Origin: a virus
DNA length: 64,000 nucleotides
Reading direction: 5' to 3' (one strand)
Virus record (IMG/VR): IMGVR_UViG_3300025684_000014
Coordinates: 59,668 to 123,667 of that record
Shown: piece after piece, positions 58,745 through 64,000 of the stretch
Layout: every line of letters starts with the position of its first letter
Numbering within the stretch: position 1 is the first letter of the stretch
Translations under genes and position numbers: made by a program
Notes under the pieces: model-generated
What the model saw: the letters and a program-made list of their open reading frames with translations, nothing else
Told to the model about the DNA's origin: nothing
The model's database searches: none

Positions 58745-60727
58745 TTATATATCTAATACTACATAAGCTAAAGAAAGTTCACTATTTCTTTTAATAAAAT
58801 TACGAGCACTTTCAGCTGCTGATTGTGAACCTAAATTACTTGCGGTTAAATTTTTAACATCAAATCCATATACTCCAATACTTAAAGCATCTATATATGA
58901 GTAATAAGTAGTTCCTGTTGAATAATTAGGATCTATATCCAATAAGTCTGAGCAAAGTTTATTTTGATCTTCTTGTATAAGAGGAAATGGCTCTACTCCT
59001 GCATTTAAATATCTTTTTAACTTTGATCCAACAGTAGCAATACTTTTGCTTCGTAAACTTTCTGACCATTCTTCAAAAGTAAAATTACTTAACAAATTGT
59101 TTGAAACAGAGTTTATAAAAACACTTCTAATCAAATCCAAACCTGTTAATCCAGAATCTTCTTCTTGGAAATAGTTTTTTGGCATAGCTATAACTGCATT
59201 AGAAATACCTCTAGAAAGCAATATTTCTTTAGGCGCTATTACTAACTCATCTCCTACATTATAGTCTCCTAAAATCATTATTAATGTTTCTCCGCCGCGT
59301 TTAACATGACTGTAAGGGTGCTGTTGCTTCCATGTTAAATTTTCAAAGCTTGGATTAACACCAACAAAACTATTTTCATTCCAGATTAAATAATCTTCTG
59401 CAATTTCTGTTTCAAAAGAAATATCTTCTCTAGATACTCCAAGAACTTTCCCCCATCTCTTTTTGCCAAATTTATCTTTATAAGTATTCTTAAGAGAAGT
59501 ACTGTAAACAATGTTATTGTCTTCAAGATTGCTTCTTGTTGATGCTTTTAATGCGTTTTCATTAGTTAAATTTACAAGCTCATTGTATCCAAGTAATGTA
59601 AAAGGAATATATTTTTCAAATAAAATAGGATTAGTAGATAACAAATTTGTTGTTACTAAACTCAAACCATCACTTTTACTTTTATTCCCAGTAATTTCCC
59701 AACTATCGCTATATTTTCGATATGCTAGTTCTCTTACTGGATCAAAGTAATTTTGAGGATTAAGTAAATTTCCTAAACCTTCAATATCACTATTCGATTC
59801 TCTAGTGTAAAACTTATTACTTCCACTTACGTATTCGTTAGCAACGATCTTTCCATTTTCAACAGTAAGTATTTTTCCTTCACTGTTTTGAAAATCAACT
59901 TCTCCTTCTAGTTGATTTATAGAAGTTACTGCTTCTGGTATCTCTGGAGTATTGTTAATATTATTATAATCAATATTATTATTAACAAATGCGTTACCGT
60001 TCCATACTAAACTTTGCCCTTCAATTGGGTCTACTAAAAATACATCGTTGTGTATTGATACAGAAGTGTTTGCTAAACTTGTTTCTATTATTTCATTTGA
60101 AATACTCAATGATGGATATTCACTTCCATCGTCAAGTTCATTAATTAAATTAAGGTTGTGCCCTTGAACTACTTGAGTCAAAATTTCATATAAATGTTTT
60201 GAAAGACTCCAGTTCCTTGTAGCGTCTGTACTACATTCTAATAGATGATTAATACCTAAAGCGTCTTTTTGGACTCGCTCAAGGTTTGCTGCATTGCATC
60301 TTATTTGCTCCCAAAGGCTACTTACATCTACAGTTGATTCTCTTATTTCAATTATCCTATCAATCAAACTAGCTTGTAAATAATCAAATGATTCTTTAAC
60401 TGTACAAGGCCTTCCAGTTTCTAAATCATTTTCTTTCTTCCAGTAAAGTTCTGTATTGAATTTATCATTACCTTCTTCTTCTGGATATGTTACCAAAGTA
60501 AGTCCGTTTATTCCTGACTCTACTGCGTCGTAAGGATATCTTGGCTTACTTGTTAAACTTTTAAATCCTGGAACTAAAACCATGTTTATGTAATTACTGA
60601 TTTTTACTAAATCACTTTGAGTTCTTTTTGAATTCAAAAACAATAGATCTTTATTATCTGCATTTGTAATTACAGAACTGTTTACTATTATAGGATAGTT
60701 TAAATTATTTAGATAATTTGTAGCCAT
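58745..60727 (-). CDS. Putative virion structural protein
   Basis: 660 aa; DV.L.DP.EGQSLVWNG fibre-type repeat. Confidence 0.55.
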   Translation of the reverse strand: MATNYLNNLNYPIIVNSSVITNADNKDLLFLNSKRTQSDLVKISNYINMVLVPGFKSLTSKPRYPYDAVESGINGLTLVTYPEEEGNDKFNTELYWKKENDLETGRPCTVKESFDYLQASLIDRIIEIRESTVDVSSLWEQIRCNAANLERVQKDALGINHLLECSTDATRNWSLSKHLYEILTQVVQGHNLNLINELDDGSEYPSLSISNEIIETSLANTSVSIHNDVFLVDPIEGQSLVWNGNAFVNNNIDYNNINNTPEIPEAVTSINQLEGEVDFQNSEGKILTVENGKIVANEYVSGSNKFYTRESNSDIEGLGNLLNPQNYFDPVRELAYRKYSDSWEITGNKSKSDGLSLVTTNLLSTNPILFEKYIPFTLLGYNELVNLTNENALKASTRSNLEDNNIVYSTSLKNTYKDKFGKKRWGKVLGVSREDISFETEIAEDYLIWNENSFVGVNPSFENLTWKQQHPYSHVKRGGETLIMILGDYNVGDELVIAPKEILLSRGISNAVIAMPKNYFQEEDSGLTGLDLIRSVFINSVSNNLLSNFTFEEWSESLRSKSIATVGSKLKRYLNAGVEPFPLIQEDQNKLCSDLLDIDPNYSTGTTYYSYIDALSIGVYGFDVKNLTASNLGSQSAAESARNFIKRNSELSLAYVVLDI

Positions 60728-62727
60728 TAGATCACCCTGACTTGTATTTGATCAATTTTAGGAGTAACTTTCGTATCAGAACTTTTTAATATTGCTTTTA
60801 TATATAACAAATTAGAAGTACTGATGCTTGTTTTTCGAAAAGATATTTCATAATCTTCTATCTTTTCGTCTCCTGTATTTTCATTACATTTTATCACAAA
60901 ATAAATATTATTATTAATCTCTTTTATAGTATATTCATCAAGCCTTTTACTACTTTCAAAAGATCCTTCAGAGCTTAATTTCATTTTAAATGAATAGATT
61001 TTATCTACTCCTTTATATTTCTTTGTTCCTCTAAAGTTTCTTTCGTAATTAAAACCTTCAACAATGTATTTATGATTGTAAGGGTAAAGCGCATCTTTTT
61101 GTTTTAATTCTCTTAAAGAATTTATAGATTCTTCTTCTTCTATAACTTTCCAATTTTCACTAGAAGTTTTAAATGTATGCTTACCATACGGTAAGAAAAC
61201 ATTTCCTGAAACTTTCCTGTCATTTAGAAAACAAGAACTTTCTCCAAAGTCTAAATAGATTCCTTCCATTTTTAAAACTTCTATATTGGTTTTATAATAT
61301 CCAGAGTCTAATTCCCATCCCGAAGAAGCATTGTAAATTTCTTGTTTATTATTTTTTAAAATGTTTCTTTTTATGTTTATACTATTTAGAAATAATTTGT
61401 TTCTATTTGCTTCTGGAATATAATAATTTAAAATTCTTTCTGAGCTTTTCAAACTAAGTCCTTCAGGAATTTGTTCAGAAATAAAATTAGATTGAGAATT
61501 TACATCTAATATTTCAAATACATTTCCATCTGAGGCTTTGCCTTCTGATTCTTCAAACTGAACAATACTTTTTCCTTCTTTTATAAAATCACTTTTAATC
61601 CAAGTTTCATTGTCTTTTGATAAATATAAGTCTATTGAACTTTTATCTGGTATTATACAGCAAGTACCACCTTTTGCTGTTGCCATTGTAAAATTAACAG
61701 GGTTGTTTTCTTCGTCTATTACTTCATAAGGCCCTAAGTACAATGTGCTTTCTTCGTTTATTTTATATTCGGCTGACATGTACCCTATAAAATCTAACCC
61801 AAAAATATACCCCCACCCATTTTGATACTTTGTATCAGAAGAGCTTTTACTTAAAATAATTTTAATAGATTTTACACGTTCTTTTTTTACTTCAATAAAA
61901 TTGTCATTGTTTTGAACTCTTATTCCGCTTTCAAATACTCTTTCAAAATTTACTCCGTCACTACTCCAGTAACAGTTTTGTTGAAGCTTTGAATTTGTTT
62001 CAATACTTTGGGTCGTATAGCTTATAGTGTCAATGTATCGTTCTTTATCAAAATCTATATTGATTATAAAATCAATTGTTTCGTCTTTGTATTTAGATAC
62101 AGCAACAACTTTAAAAAACCTTCCGTCTTTTTTAAGTGCGTTATAAAAATTATTATATTCTATACTTTCTATCTTTCCTTTATTTCTATAAACCAAATCG
62201 TAACTTATATTTTTCTGCTCAAAAGATTCGCCTGTAACAAAATCGAATCCTAAAGTCGCTCTTCCATTTAGTAAATATATATTAGATTTTTCTTGATTTA
62301 TCTTATTGTAATCAGAAAAATCTTCTATTATTCCATAACTAAAAGGATCATCGCTACTATATAGCAGTAAATTTTTATTAACATTTCTTTCTAAGTTTTC
62401 TAATTTAGAAATTGTTTTATTTAAGTTACTACTTTGCTCTTTAAAAAAAGATTTTAATTCGTTTTCTTTTTTAAGATTTTCTTTAATTAAGAAATCTAAA
62501 TCTTTAATTAGCTTGCTCTTTATTTTTTCATGACTTTTGCTAGAAGACTCTTCTCCTGCTTGTTGAAGCTTATCTTTTTCTCCAACAAGAAGACCTAAAG
62601 TTTCTACTTCTTTATTTTTTTTTATAAAGTCTTCGTAAATTAATTTAATTTCATTTTCGCTAGGACTTTTTTTATATTCTTTTACATAATTTGCTATTAA
62701 ATAGTTTTTTATATTAGTTTTCATCAT
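60727..62727 (-). CDS. Putative virion/baseplate structural protein
   Basis: 666 aa; coiled coil then beta-rich; C-terminal L.S.D..VTPKI..I.V motif. Confidence 0.55.
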   Translation of the reverse strand: MMKTNIKNYLIANYVKEYKKSPSENEIKLIYEDFIKKNKEVETLGLLVGEKDKLQQAGEESSSKSHEKIKSKLIKDLDFLIKENLKKENELKSFFKEQSSNLNKTISKLENLERNVNKNLLLYSSDDPFSYGIIEDFSDYNKINQEKSNIYLLNGRATLGFDFVTGESFEQKNISYDLVYRNKGKIESIEYNNFYNALKKDGRFFKVVAVSKYKDETIDFIINIDFDKERYIDTISYTTQSIETNSKLQQNCYWSSDGVNFERVFESGIRVQNNDNFIEVKKERVKSIKIILSKSSSDTKYQNGWGYIFGLDFIGYMSAEYKINEESTLYLGPYEVIDEENNPVNFTMATAKGGTCCIIPDKSSIDLYLSKDNETWIKSDFIKEGKSIVQFEESEGKASDGNVFEILDVNSQSNFISEQIPEGLSLKSSERILNYYIPEANRNKLFLNSINIKRNILKNNKQEIYNASSGWELDSGYYKTNIEVLKMEGIYLDFGESSCFLNDRKVSGNVFLPYGKHTFKTSSENWKVIEEEESINSLRELKQKDALYPYNHKYIVEGFNYERNFRGTKKYKGVDKIYSFKMKLSSEGSFESSKRLDEYTIKEINNNIYFVIKCNENTGDEKIEDYEISFRKTSISTSNLLYIKAILKSSDTKVTPKIDQIQVRVI

Positions 62728-63998
62728 TTCATCTCTAGCTTTATTTTGTAAATTATTGGAGAGAAATATTCTCTTAATTCTTCTAGAGATATTTCATCTA
62801 GAATTTTTTCCCAACAAAATTTTACTTGGTTTTTATAACTAGGTAAATTTTCTGTATAAACTTTTGTTTCATCTTTAAAAACTTCATATTCTTTTAAATA
62901 TTTAACAAGGCTATACTCTAATCCGATTCTACCAATTTTGTAACTAATTTTTTTATTTTCAGAATTCACAATATCTTTAGAAGAGAAAAGTATTCCATTC
63001 TTGTAGTCTACAGAATATTTATTTATTAACTCTTTCTCTTCTTTTTCATAGAAGTACTCAAGGTAATAATCTTTTCCCGTTTCTTCCTCTATTTCTAATT
63101 CACAAACTTTCCCATTTATTCTTATTGAATTGTTTACAAGGATTCCCTTTTTATAAACTTTTATACCAAGCCCTTCTTCCAGGTAGGGTTTCTCAGATAA
63201 AGTAAAAGAAACAGTATTAGAAGTGCTTTTAGATATGTTTGGAACTTGATCTCTTTCCATTTTTTCTAAAGACAAGAATTCTATGTTCCCATTTACATAT
63301 TCTACTTCTTTAAATTTTTCTCTTTCAAAAAGATTTATATCTGCTTCTAAAGATCCTTTTATAATATTTCCTTCTTTCAAAATAAATCTTTTATTATTCT
63401 CGCTGACTACTTCTCTTTCTTTGTAGTTGCCGTCAAAAACATAATAGTTGTTTTTTTCGTTATTTAAAACTTCTGAAATTTCTTCTGTTACAAGATCTTC
63501 TTCGTTAATAAAAATACCGTAATTTTTATTTTTATTGCTCCATAATTTTTTATTTTCTACTTCTTTATAATCAAAAAAGCTGTACTCTATTTTTCTTTCT
63601 TTATCTTTTCCTTCGCTCCAATACAGCCTTCCATTTAACGGCTCTATTCTTCCGGCTTCAGTTTCTTCCCAAACTGAATCTGTTTTTATAAACATTTTTG
63701 TTTCATTCAAGTCTATGTATTCTTGTTCTAAATAAAATTCTTCTTTTCCTATTTCTAAGAATTCTGTTTTTTTCTTTAGACTTTTTATTAAATTAAAAAC
63801 TTTTATTGTTTTTAAATCTTTATCAAATTCCTCTTCTATTTTTACAAAATAGCCTTCACCCTTTTTGATAATTTCATTAAACCCAGGTTTTAAAGCAATT
63901 TTACATGAATACAAGTAACCAGTTGTGTTAAGCTTAAAGCTTATTTTTTCAAATTTATCATCGATATAAAATTTACCATTTTCTAAGTTTTCTTTAGA
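62724..63998 (-). CDS. Putative virion structural protein, 5'-truncated by the window edge
   Basis: Frame is open to the window end; YSVDYKNG and SPII..IKL motifs resemble the neighbouring gene's C-terminus. Confidence 0.55.
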   Translation of the reverse strand, partial: SKENLENGKFYIDDKFEKISFKLNTTGYLYSCKIALKPGFNEIIKKGEGYFVKIEEEFDKDLKTIKVFNLIKSLKKKTEFLEIGKEEFYLEQEYIDLNETKMFIKTDSVWEETEAGRIEPLNGRLYWSEGKDKERKIEYSFFDYKEVENKKLWSNKNKNYGIFINEEDLVTEEISEVLNNEKNNYYVFDGNYKEREVVSENNKRFILKEGNIIKGSLEADINLFEREKFKEVEYVNGNIEFLSLEKMERDQVPNISKSTSNTVSFTLSEKPYLEEGLGIKVYKKGILVNNSIRINGKVCELEIEEETGKDYYLEYFYEKEEKELINKYSVDYKNGILFSSKDIVNSENKKISYKIGRIGLEYSLVKYLKEYEVFKDETKVYTENLPSYKNQVKFCWEKILDEISLEELREYFSPIIYKIKLEMK

Positions 63999-64000
63999 AT

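Noticed and set aside
1-64000. Stop-codon reassignment as the cause of fragmented genes
   Set aside because: Conserved genes read full-length in the standard code; breaks are at TAA/TGA explained by introns or splits; no suppressor tRNA seen

Overview
AT-rich, gene-dense segment of a large (jumbo-type) double-stranded DNA phage genome read in the standard code. Genes are nearly all on + up to about 58.1 kb, then a convergent block of probable virion genes lies on -. The window holds three tRNAs, nucleotide-metabolism genes (thyX, nrdA, nrdB, MazG-like, IMPDH/GMPR-like), replication and recombination genes (ssb, recA, dnaE, primase-helicase, Cas4/AddB-like nuclease, Hjc-like resolvase), cell-wall enzymes and a fibre/decoration gene block. 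Main discoveries: (1) a phage-encoded ubiquitin-like conjugation operon with an E2-like fusion, a JAB peptidase, an E1/ThiF, a single Ubl and an exact 3x71-aa head-to-tail poly-Ubl, preceded by a Lon-type ATPase lacking its protease domain; (2) a DnaE polymerase in three separate genes, involving an intein-less split through the palm region, a group I intron carrying an antisense endonuclease with its own consensus promoter, and a cyanobacterial-type split intein whose halves are separated by about 12 kb of structural genes; (3) a group I intron in recA; (4) a plant Whirly-like protein; (5) two unexplained stem-loop RNAs between tRNAs. All calls come from reading motifs by eye; no searches were run, and many small hypothetical ORFs are not listed individually.
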